64,000 bases of DNA, taken from Neoechinorhynchus agilis (lineage: Eukaryota; Animalia; Acanthocephala). The notes beneath the pieces are model-generated. The model saw only the letters and a program-made list of their open reading frames with translations, searched no databases and was not told where the DNA came from. The DNA is taken from positions 3,752,389-3,816,388 of the forward strand of contig CM121343.1 of assembly GCA_051530055.1 (NCBI GenBank). Direction: 5' to 3'. Below, one piece after another: positions 41,354-51,829 of this stretch (positions are counted from its first letter, which is position 1; each line of letters starts with the position of its first letter). Both the position numbers and the translations under genes were made by a program.

Positions 41354-41854
41354 GCTCTACTTGGGCCTTTTACGGGTAATAAAAGTCCCTTTAAGAAAGC
41401 ATCAATCAGCCAAAAGTCCATGTGATAAGCTTGCATCTTCTTAAGTTCGATTAAAACTAATAAAGCAATAATCATCCAAGTAAATTCATTATTGGCGAAA
41501 ATTGACTTGGCGTAAAAAAGACTTGAGATTCTTATAATGAATTGCTGTTTAGATACATAATGTTATAACCAAATAAAAATATAACCATAAATCATATCAA
41601 CAAGATCCTTCGGGATGGTAAATTAAGGAGGGTAGTGAACATAATCCCTCGGTTAAAGATTTCTTTTAATGTTATGAAATATTCCAAAACAGAAAACCTC
41701 ATTCGGGTAATTGAAAATAAAACGACTCCCTAAATGAATTTGACACTGAAAAATAAGGTTATTTTTATTTATTATCGAGGTCACATACACTTTGTTGTCT
41801 ATGACATCTTCTTTTTTTGAGAGCTTCGTCTATATTCCTTTGGAGTCTTTTCCG

Positions 41855-42058
41855 ACTAACTTGCACACAACGGAGGCACTCAGCCGCACTCGAAGGAACA
41901 GGGCCAACCCCCTTTTGGAGCCGATGGGCGATCTCAAAACCTGACCCCCACCCCTTCCAGCAGCCTCGCACACTCGTGGAACCCAGCGACCGGTGGCGTT
42001 GAACCATCGACATATCAAGCACATTATGAACGCGCACACCACACGGCCACTGGGCCCC
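41855..42058 (-). mobile_element. tRNA-derived SINE family E (tRNA-Met-like head); other copies at 44375-44790 (+) and 62945-63220 (+)
   Basis: GGCCCAGTGGCC..TGG A box, anticodon-arm-like GCGCG-TTCATAA-TGTGC and GGTTCAA B box. The three copies share a GC-rich body (GAGATCGCCCATCGGC...CCTTCGAGTGCGGCTGAG). Confidence 0.75.
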
Positions 42059-42685
42059 TAAAAATAAGGTAAAAACACAAATTCGATCATTTTGATACCA
42101 CAGATTTTTACTGAATATGAAATACGGATAAAATTTGACGCCGCATTGATTTTCGCTAACATTCTGGCGTTAGCTATGGAATTTTATTGCCCACCGCAGT
42201 TCGCAATACTTTTGTTCGTGCTGTGCTTTCAAGCACGCTAAGACTGTCTTAGAATCGGACGACATGGATGTCGTTCTCAAGGCGGACATGCAGCTGCCGC
42301 AGTTCATAAATTGCATGATTAAATGGGAGGGTTCAAATACCAATAACATTTGTCAGTCGCGTCCATTTTCGCGAATATTTATAGACAGTTCACTATTAGA
42401 CTTATCACGTCTAACGGTATAAAAAATTTCAACCTAAATCTGATTGATTTCCTCTTTATGTGCACATTCGCAAATAACCCAAAATCACTTACTTCTCCAG
42501 CAAAATTGGAACAAATTTGAGGAGCTAGAGCTGCAGCGGACACTTAGATTTTTCACTTTTAAATTTCCAAGGGAAACTCTCCCAGGCTGAATTACTCAAA
42601 CTCCCATAAATATCGACTTTTTTTGGGTGTCGAACAGTAACCCTCGGATACCTTCCAGATACCCCGTTTTAATGCCCACATCAAA

Positions 42686-43501
42686 TCAGTGCGTTTCTTC
42701 ATATGCTTCTTCATCTCGCCGTCTCCACCTAATGAGCCTTGCATAATCGTCAATTCCAGTACTCCTAAGAATTTTCATAAATTTGTAAGCTTCTGAATTC
42801 GACGCAAAATTGGCAACAACTTCCAGTTCTGTAGGAACTGCGAATTGGCTGAAATCGGTAGTCACGGCTTTTTTAAGCGTTTTATCATAGGCAACCCATT
42901 TGATTGGCCGCGCATTACGATGCACTTGACCAAGTTGTTCCAAGTAAGCGATGTCAAAACCGGACGACATGGTACTGAAAATAACACTGTTGTTCGTAGC
43001 GTTCTTGTTGGCTTTTCTCGGTCTTTGGAAAACGACAACCTTTGATCTAGATTTGGCTGTCATATCTTGCAAGTTTCCCTCATCTTGTGAATCTTTTAAT
43101 TTTCGCTTTAGATCGTATGGTTTTTCTATGACCGCCTTAGGAATTAGCATTCTCTCAAGACATTGGGATGCCCGCATAAACGGGGTTTTGGTAGGTCGAT
43201 GAAAAGACATTTCACGTTGAAGAATCTTAGGTAACCTCGATAGACGAGGAGCTACGCCAACCATGACAATCGTCTCGGATTCCAGACCATACCGATCCTT
43301 ATTGTAAATTAGTAGATTAAAACTTACCAATCGCAAGTTATACGTAAGACCCGAATATTCAAATCCAAATGGAACCATTCGACTTCGTTCCGCTAACAAA
43401 CTTTTCTGTCGATTACATTGTCGACGAATTCGACTTTTCAAGTAACTTGGCAGAAAAGATCTCGAGGACCATCGTCGTTTATGATAATCAGAATTGGGCA
43501 T
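42686..43501 (-). CDS. Intronless 271-aa basic ORF, no recognised domain
   Basis: ATG-started uninterrupted ORF in non-repetitive sequence. Confidence 0.6.
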   Translation of the reverse strand: MPNSDYHKRRWSSRSFLPSYLKSRIRRQCNRQKSLLAERSRMVPFGFEYSGLTYNLRLVSFNLLIYNKDRYGLESETIVMVGVAPRLSRLPKILQREMSFHRPTKTPFMRASQCLERMLIPKAVIEKPYDLKRKLKDSQDEGNLQDMTAKSRSKVVVFQRPRKANKNATNNSVIFSTMSSGFDIAYLEQLGQVHRNARPIKWVAYDKTLKKAVTTDFSQFAVPTELEVVANFASNSEAYKFMKILRSTGIDDYARLIRWRRRDEEAYEETH

Positions 43502-44588
43502 CTAAAATAGCAGTTTTTTGAACTGTTCAAAACGAGAAATTCGTGTTTTAAAACAAAAACACAGCAATGATTATACGTTCACCTAAAAATATCACGTCCT
43601 TCCGAACTTGACAAACTCCTGTACCACTAAAACAATCCTGTTAGGCATTCAGTCCCGAAATTACATTCCTATCTCAGAGATGCCAAAAATCCAACCCCCG
43701 TAGTGGTAAACGCTTAAGTACTACTCAGCATAGCGGCGGGGACTTTGATGGTCCAGCGGACTGGTACCGTTGCCGGACAGGTCCGTTGGGAACCTTGGAT
43801 ACCAAAAGGGCACTTTCCGAAGTACCCAATGGTGATCCAGAAACATCGAAGACTAGAATCCTCGGAATCGTCTCAACTTCCATTTTTGCCATGTAGATTT
43901 TCAAGACCAAGTAACCGGATTTTCGATCACGGGGGCAGATCTCAGGTCCTCATTTCTGGTTTTTCTTTAAAGAATGGGGAAGCTAAGCGACTCGGCACAC
44001 CAACATCTCCGGAAGGATCGAGAAATAAACGACGGACCGACGAAGACGGCTAAAGAGAAGATGAAGCTATAAACTGGAGAAACATTCTCTCCGGCTGAAG
44101 ATCGCAGCGTGGAAGCTCTTTGGTACAAGGACAGAGAAAATCCAACCTAAAAAACCTCTCTTGTAGGAAATTGATCTCTTATTTCAGGAACACGAAGCCG
44201 ACGATAAATTACAAAAATCTTTTAGAATGAGGAATTCAAGAGAAAAGCGTAAGAATTGGGACGATGAACATTCCGCTTAAACAAGCACATCAAGGATTTA
44301 TTTTCTGATCAGTTAAAATAATCATTTTGTGTTGTTCTATTTTTAAAAATGCGTTTTATTCTTACTAAAATGGGGTGGTGTAAGCGCGTTCAAAATGCGC
44401 TCGATTGGTCGCTGGTTCAAGTCCACTGGTCACTGGGTTCCACGGGGGGGGGTTGCGAGGCTGCTGGAAGGGTAACGGTCAGGTTTGAGATCGCCCATCG
44501 GCCCGAGAGGAGAGTTGGCCTTGTCCCTTCGAGTGCGGCTGAGCGCCTCCGAATTATGTGAGTTAGCACAGAGGAAAACTTCAACATT

Positions 44589-44638
44589 CTAGATCTGACT
44601 GAAGAAGGCCAACGAAAAGGCCGAAAATTTTCAATATA
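44589..44638 (+). ncRNA. Candidate minimal HHR (family D) inside a ~155-bp insertion in a family E SINE
   Basis: UGA-CUGAAGA-A-GGCC(aacgaaaa)GGCC-GAAA-AU-UU^-UCA: 4-bp stem II, palindromic loop III and a 3-bp proximal stem I. Confidence 0.65.
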
Positions 44639-46066
44639 AATCAATTTTCTGAGTGAATATCGCTAGGTGAAATTGAAACAATAATGATTAATTTCTTTAC
44701 AAAGGAAAAATATATAGCTAAAAAAAAGGCTCCCAAAGACATGCCGCCGTAAGGCCCCGAGTGTATGCGATTTAGGATAAATAAATAAAACTATGACAGG
44801 TTCAGAGGCATTAAAAATGGTCCCGTTCAAAAGTCGCCGAAGCGTGATTACCGATTTTCGCATAAAACACAGATAATCTTAATACCAAATTAAGCTGGAA
44901 AAAATCATTCTTCTACTAAAAGTCTGACGAATTGAGTTACATTTGAGATATACTTGAAAGTAATGATTTTACCACATAATCAATTTTGCGAGTATCTTGC
45001 CTACTAAAATGTTGGGACTGATGAATCAACATTTGGAGCACTGACACTAAAGCTCAGGACTGAAGTGGAGGAATACTAACGAAAATGGCATAGAGAAAAC
45101 GTTTTTGAGCACAAAGGAAAACGTTCAGACAAAAGCATCAAAATTTGGGGGTAAAATCCGTCAATCTCAAGAAAAACCCAACGCCTAAATAAGAGCTGTT
45201 TTGGTAGTAAGTTTTAGTAAATGATTTTTACTTTGATGCGATTTAATGCACTGTTGGAGTTGTAGCTCAAAAACCTTCACCGAGCAAGCTACCAAAACCT
45301 TAATCTCCTGGTGGGAGAAGTGGCAATATTCACGGATAAAACTAACTTCTAGAAGACAATTGTGATCGGAGGCAATATTGCTCGCTTTCTAAAACTAAAA
45401 TGAAAAACCACATCAAAAAGATCCTTCGGGAACTATAGTTTCCTGGTAGGAGAAGTGGCGATATTGATGGATGAAACTAACTTCTAGAAGACAATTGTGA
45501 TCGGAGGCAATATTGCTCGTTTTTTAAAACTAAAATAAGAAGATCCTTCGGGATGGTAAACCAAGGAGGGTGGTGAACATATTCCCCCGGTTAAGAACTA
45601 TTCAATATTTACGATTTCGAAGGATCTTTTTGAATATTTCGAAGTTAAAAAAGAAAAACCAGCGCAGTTCGTTTCATTAGTCATTTTTCAACATTCGAGC
45701 TTCCATTGCTTTATAACAAGACTCGTTTCCAAAAGCTCGACTCATTCTGTCTCAAATTTCGGTAGGAGCATAATTTCACGACTAATGAATGTTGTTATTT
45801 TGGTCGTTTGTGGACGACACCTGAACGAGGAGGAGTGTTGACTGAGCCATTTTATGAAAATCCCAAAGTCTCGACTGAATCTTTAGGCCCCGGTCACTTG
45901 GTTTCGCAACGACGAAAAGGTTGAAGTTTTTACGACAGACCCCGCATCATTTTTCACGATTCTTTCATGTTTTTTCTGCGTGACTATCCATGCCTTCGCC
46001 AGCTTCGTTGTTGCTTTATCGAGTGAAGTATTTCTTTGCTAGTCCTTAGCGCTCCAAAGTTTAGCC

Positions 46067-47110
46067 ATGTCAGATGGTGATAAGGCATCAAAGCGTCAGG
46101 TTGGACCCGTGGTGATGCGGCGTGTCAATGCTCTTCGTCAGTTGCAATTGGAAACGGTGAAGATCCAAACTCGTATGTATGAAGAGGTCTTTCAACTCGA
46201 GAAACGATGCGCTGAAGAACTAAAATCAATCCATAAGAGACGATTGGCAATTGTGAGTGGTAATTATGAACCATCCGAACAGGAGAGTCAATGTTCAATT
46301 CCCTTTGACGAAGATGCTTGCATCGTTGAAGATCAAATGACTATTGATGATTATAAAGGAATTCCTCAATTCTGGCTTCATGCTCTTATGAATGCTCCGG
46401 CCTTCGACGAAATGATCCGGTCGCATGATGAAGCTGTCCTTGCTTATCTTACTGATATTACTTGCGAATACGATGAAATAAAAGAAGTGGTAGTTGAAAG
46501 TCCAAATGGAGTCACAAAGACCGAACGAATGTCGGGATTCACTTTACATTTCCATTTCGCGCCTAACGAATTCTTCACCAATACCGTCCTGACCAAATCG
46601 TACACGATTCGACTTAACCCGGACTCTGAAAGTCCTTTCCAATACGGAGGACCGGAAATCACCGGATGTGGAGGATGTGAGATAAACTGGAAACCAGGGA
46701 AAAATGTAACTGTTAGAACTGTCCGAAAAAAAGTTAGAAGACAAAGTCAAAAAGATGCCCCAGGCGGCTTAGTTACTAAAGAAATCGCTCAGGATTCCTT
46801 CTTCATGTTTTTCAAAAATCCTACGGGTAGCACTGATGAAGACGAAGATGATGGCGTAAATGAATTATTGGAAGACCATTTCGATCTTGGACACTTCCTC
46901 TGCGATAAACTCATCCCGGATGCTATTCTTTTCTATACCGGTGAATCCGATGATATGTACGACTATGAAGGTGAAGATGATGACGATGAACAAGACTCAC
47001 AATCAAGTAGTGATGATTCCGAATCGTTCAATATTGATATTCCAAGAAGAAGCAGCAGAAATGGGAGTTCTAACCCGCAACGCTCTTCTGGTCATGGTCA
47101 GTTTTCATAG
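46067..47110 (+). CDS. NAP1: Nucleosome assembly protein 1 family, intronless
   Basis: RRVNALRQLQ, KGIPQFWL, FTLHFHFAPNEFFTNTVLTKSY, INWKPGKNVT, SFFMFF and an acidic tail. Confidence 0.95.
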   Translation: MSDGDKASKRQVGPVVMRRVNALRQLQLETVKIQTRMYEEVFQLEKRCAEELKSIHKRRLAIVSGNYEPSEQESQCSIPFDEDACIVEDQMTIDDYKGIPQFWLHALMNAPAFDEMIRSHDEAVLAYLTDITCEYDEIKEVVVESPNGVTKTERMSGFTLHFHFAPNEFFTNTVLTKSYTIRLNPDSESPFQYGGPEITGCGGCEINWKPGKNVTVRTVRKKVRRQSQKDAPGGLVTKEIAQDSFFMFFKNPTGSTDEDEDDGVNELLEDHFDLGHFLCDKLIPDAILFYTGESDDMYDYEGEDDDDEQDSQSSSDDSESFNIDIPRRSSRNGSSNPQRSSGHGQFS

Positions 47111-48949
47111 ACCGCAAACTCATTCCATCGTCTTTTTTTAGGACCCGAATTTTGAGAAAGGCGCTTAATGAGCGGATTTGACGGTCTTGCGATATTAACA
47201 TGAAAAAAACCATCATCGCTTTCATTCGAGTGCGGTGATGTGGTCTTTTCGGTCTCAATTTTCGTTCATTATATAATGCCGAAACCACTTTATTTCATTG
47301 CGTTTCAATCGAATTTGTAACTTATAGGCACTTCTTAATGGCTTCAGATAAGAAATCGTTTTCTTTGTGGCCTCAAAGTAGCAGTATTCGTCGCGATTAT
47401 GGTGAAAATCTGGAAAGTATCGTTGTTACCTTGGTGAAATGTCAAAATCATCGCGAATTTAAATCCGAGGGGTGGCAAAGCTACCAAAAGAAAGAAACAA
47501 ATATCTTTTATCATTACAAAGAGCAATAACCTTGATTATAAGTGTTTCTGTGATTTACATTATGAGAGAAGATCCATCGAAATTTTAAATATTTAATGGT
47601 TTTTGAACATAATCTCGGTTAAAGACTACTTGTGTTTTCCTCAGCAAACAATGACCCGGATGAGGTTTCCCCTTTCGAAATATTTCATAACGTTAAAAGA
47701 AATCTTGAACCGGGATTATGTTCAAAAACCATTCAAAACTTAGTAGGATGTGAGGATTTTATGGGTCTTTATTACTTAAAAAACAGCTAATTTGCAATCA
47801 ATGATTGCTTCGTTAACTGTTACTATTTATTCAACGTGATTATTTTTTGATCGATTTGACCGAAAACCCAAAAGTACCTTGAGGTCAGACTCATCAATGC
47901 AACGAGCAATGGTTTATTTTCTTAGAAGATCAAATGGTTTAAACTATGAACGACCATCTACGTTCCAGAACATTGTTCTCTTTTTTTCCTTTTGATAGGT
48001 TTTCCCAACTGAAACTTCTTTTTTGTTTGCTTGGATCCCATGGACAACATGGAACAAGGCATAAAAACTTTTTGAACTTTTTGTGTTCCTTATTAAAAGG
48101 AAAGACGCTTTTGTATTCCTTATCCGATGAGATATTTTTGTATCGGTAGAGGGCTGGTAGTTGAAGTAGCGGCGCCATCGACCTATTTTTCGTAGCTGCG
48201 GCTTCAGTGATTTTTGAGACTTGCCTCTCCATTGATACAAATTCGAAGCATTTAATGTCACTGCTAGGTTTTGGCGGATCAATACCATTCGCGTGACTAT
48301 GTGTATTTTAGACATGATTTTTCCTAAAACTTGTTCGTTTGGGTCGAGTACGAATCACGTATCGCACGGTTTGGATTTAGATCGACTACGATTGTAGATT
48401 GTCTCGGCGTGTCTTAGAACACGATTGCGAGCGTTCACCTCAGGTAGGGGATTAATCGCCTAAAAAATACACTTAATACTATCAAATTTTAAAGCATTGC
48501 AGCGGGCAAATGATCCGATTTTATCAACCGATTATTCTGCAATGCAAATTCGCTCATCGGGATTATTTGATTGAGTCAGCAAATTTTTTCAGAATATTTA
48601 TCTTCCATTTATCAAATTTTAGCTACTTCGTTCATGAATTATGTACTAAGCGCCGCAAATTTAAGGCTTCATTTCGCTCAATTTGTGGTTATTTTTGACA
48701 TCATAAAGAAAAGTTTATGCATCCTTGCAACTGACATTCACACTTGACCACTAAGGCGAGCACTTTAAAGGTATATTTCGTTCAGCCGGTCGTTATTTAT
48801 GTAATACCGTAAAGACGAATTCTAGTAGGTCTTGCATCTGAGATCGAACATTTGACCGCCTTCGATCATTTTAGCTGGTTGAATATATCAAAGTTTGACT
48901 TTTCACGGCGTATGCGTGCTTTACTCGGTTACGTTTTATCGAGAAGTCT

Positions 48950-49570
48950 TATCCGATTTTGGTCAATGAAGCGCTGGTCTGCACTCAATGCCCCAAGACC
49001 GTACGGTTATAAGTTTGTTAGAATCCCTCCGGATCCTCAGATACCTCCTAAGGAGGCGGGAGTCATCAGTGAGGTTCCTTTTCCCTTCAACGAGGTATTT
49101 CGTTCCTTTCATTGTACGTCATCAGCAGTCACGGATACGAACCCTTTGACCCAACAAACTACGATCAGGAGCTTTAATCCACTTACTTGACCACCTCGGT
49201 ACAACTGCGAAATGTACAAACTTCGCAACTTTTACCTCATATCAGTTTTTCTGAATTTTCACATCTTTATGCGTGGCTGAGTTGGTTGCTTTTTATCGAG
49301 TAGTTTCGAAAAGCTGATATCAGGCTAAAGTGACGAAGTTTGTACATTTCGCAGTTGTACCGAGGTGGTCCAACGGATTAGATCTCCCGATCCCAGTTTG
49401 TTGGGCCAACGGGTTCGAATCCGTTACTGCTGATGACGTACAATGAAAGGAACGAAATACCTCGTTGAAGGGAGGAGGAAAGTCTGAGGATCCGGAGGGA
49501 TTCTAACAAACTTATAACCGTACGGTCTTGGGGCATTGAGTGCAGACCAGCGCTTCATTGACCAAAATCA
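48950..49570. mobile_element. Head-to-head fold-back pair of SINE family B
   Basis: ATTTTGGTCAATGAAGCG (48957) mirrors CGCTTCATTGACCAAAAT (49551). The minus copy is 48950-49235 and the plus copy 49330-49570, with B box GGTTCGAATCC. Confidence 0.85.
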
Positions 49571-50103
49571 CTGGACTTTGTGTCCATAATTCAGCCGCGT
49601 TCGGTTAAAATCTCATCATCTTCCACCAAAGTCATTAAAATTGTGACTATATCGTTGATAAATTTTACTCTATAAAAAAGAATTTACAGCCATCCTTTTC
49701 TGCACAAAGTAAAAATTTAGTGTTTCCTATTTCAAGGAATTCAAATACTTTGTTTTTCAAATACCGCACGTGTTATTTCGACGGCACAATTCTTCTTTTT
49801 AAATTTAAAATTATTAATTGTTCTGGCGCAACTTTTAACCTCTCCTCGATATTAATTGATTTATTGTAAATTTCTTCGACCAAATGCGGTCCTCTTGAGA
49901 TATCTATAAAAAATGCGTTTTAGATTAATTGGTTCTTACATGAAAGGAGCTCAGGTATCCGTGGTCGTGAAGCCCGAAAGGGATTTCACCCTTCCTTGAG
50001 TGTTGAGATAGCATCAAGCTTACCAACACTCAAAGAAATGTGAGATCACTTGCGTATAGATGTTTGAGGAGGGCCGCATTTGCTCGAGAAAATGTACAAT
50101 AAA

Positions 50104-51829
50104 TCAATAAGGGTGAAGTTTTGCTAGAACGATTAATAATTTAAGTAAATTTAAAATCTTTTTCCGCTTTCCCAATAAAGCAATTCTCCACTCATTAAGT
50201 AACATGCACACGGAGATAAAACACAAGTATTTGTTTTTATAATGAGATCCAATGCGCCAGTGGGCCTCTCCGTTTACTTTTTGTGTTTGGCACATTTTGC
50301 GCGGGTATTATAGAACTTGGTGGACTTTCTAATGGTACAGCACAAGTAGACTGTCATTAGAATAGCGAAGGCCTATAACCGAGTAAAGGAAGATTGAAAG
50401 ATATTGAAATTTTACTTGTGTGAAAGTAATGAGTGAAATGAATCCCACGAAGTGAATCACGTGCTTGGATAATGCTTTCCTTAAAGAAACGCGGCATCCC
50501 TGCATTTATCCAGAGTAAATTAGCAAAGATTGTCCTTTAAATGTACACAGACCTGTGAATAGACATCTGAATGCTCAGTTAATTGACTTTCATAAGAATA
50601 GATCTCATAATCTGGTCTTACATTCTGCCCACATTTCGGTCTTTCCTGTAAACAACACGAATCGGGATATACAACCTTTGGCATTGTTCTTGTTTGTATA
50701 AACCGATTTTGGAGATAGTCACTCGGAGAATACCAACCACAGCATTTCAACTTTGTATAACAATTGATTTTAACAAACAATCTCAACACTAACCCTTCTC
50801 TGCATCGTATCCAATATATTTGAATGTATTATTCTTTGAGGATAATGCTTTTTTACCACTCGATCCATACTTATGTCAAACTCGCCCGCAATCTAGCAAA
50901 AACGTGCCATCGACAGTTCTGCAAAGTGGTTAAAAAAACACATACATTATCTTTTTGACTATAAATCCAAGCTCCAACGATTATTTCAATGCAAAATAAT
51001 AAGAAAGTTACTGAAAAGAACTAAAGGTCGTAATGCTGAAGTTTTTCGGTTAATCGCAGTAAAATTACCGTAAATAACATCATCTGACTTCGGTGATATG
51101 CTCCGCAACACCCTAAACATTTTCGTGATTAAAAATTGAAGGCTTTTTTTTGAAATTCAAAAGGACTAACGTCTTAATTTATGAATGTGTAAAAATACTA
51201 CATATTTTTTGGTCCAGTAAGGAAAATGTTTCTCTGGTAGGACAACAATACTAAGAGACTAAAATGCCATCTAGGAATTCTAAACTGATATTTTAATGAC
51301 TTGTCACATAAATAGCAATTTCTTGCTTAGGATTTTTATTTGATCAAAAAGTCATAAATTCCCCCTTGAATCCGAATATCGACAATTTTTATCTGAGCGT
51401 TCCAAAGAGGTTTGACGGATAATTTGTAATTTTACGGGAACCATTAACGGTCACTGTATGAATGAATATGCGTCTTCAGCGTTTTTATAAGCCCAAATGC
51501 AAATAAGCTCCCAATTAAAAAGAAATTGAAGAGATTATTGTCGTTTCGATTGGTTTGAAGTCGATAAGACTTCGGAATCGAAATACCTAAAAAGCTGAGC
51601 ACCGCAGTGAATATGCCTATTCCAGTGAGTAGATACACGATTCCAGTAAGGGTCCTTGAAAGTCCAGAATTGACAAACTGACTTTGAAGATCAGTGTCAA
51701 GCCTAAGATAGAATGCAAGGCCAACGATAATAGCCCCGATTAGCTAAAATAGTAGTATAGAGTAAATTAGAGAGCAAAATTTGATCAAACCCAAAACACA
51801 AAGTTTGCAAGAAACACGGTTGTCCTCAT
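50104..51829 (-). CDS. Tetraspanin, multi-exon
   Basis: FLANFVFW first transmembrane segment, LLTGIGIFTAVLSFLG, and the large extracellular loop signature CCG...DY...PDSCC...C. Confidence 0.85.

Noticed and set aside
49350-49430. Intact tRNA-Ser/Leu gene
   Set aside because: A and B boxes are present but the acceptor, D and anticodon stems do not form a cloverleaf. It is embedded in a multi-copy SINE.
49425-49465. Canonical type I HHR using the first CTGATGA and the following GAAA
   Set aside because: Position 10.1/11.1 would be C-C, the triplet would be ACC, and no stem I partner follows.
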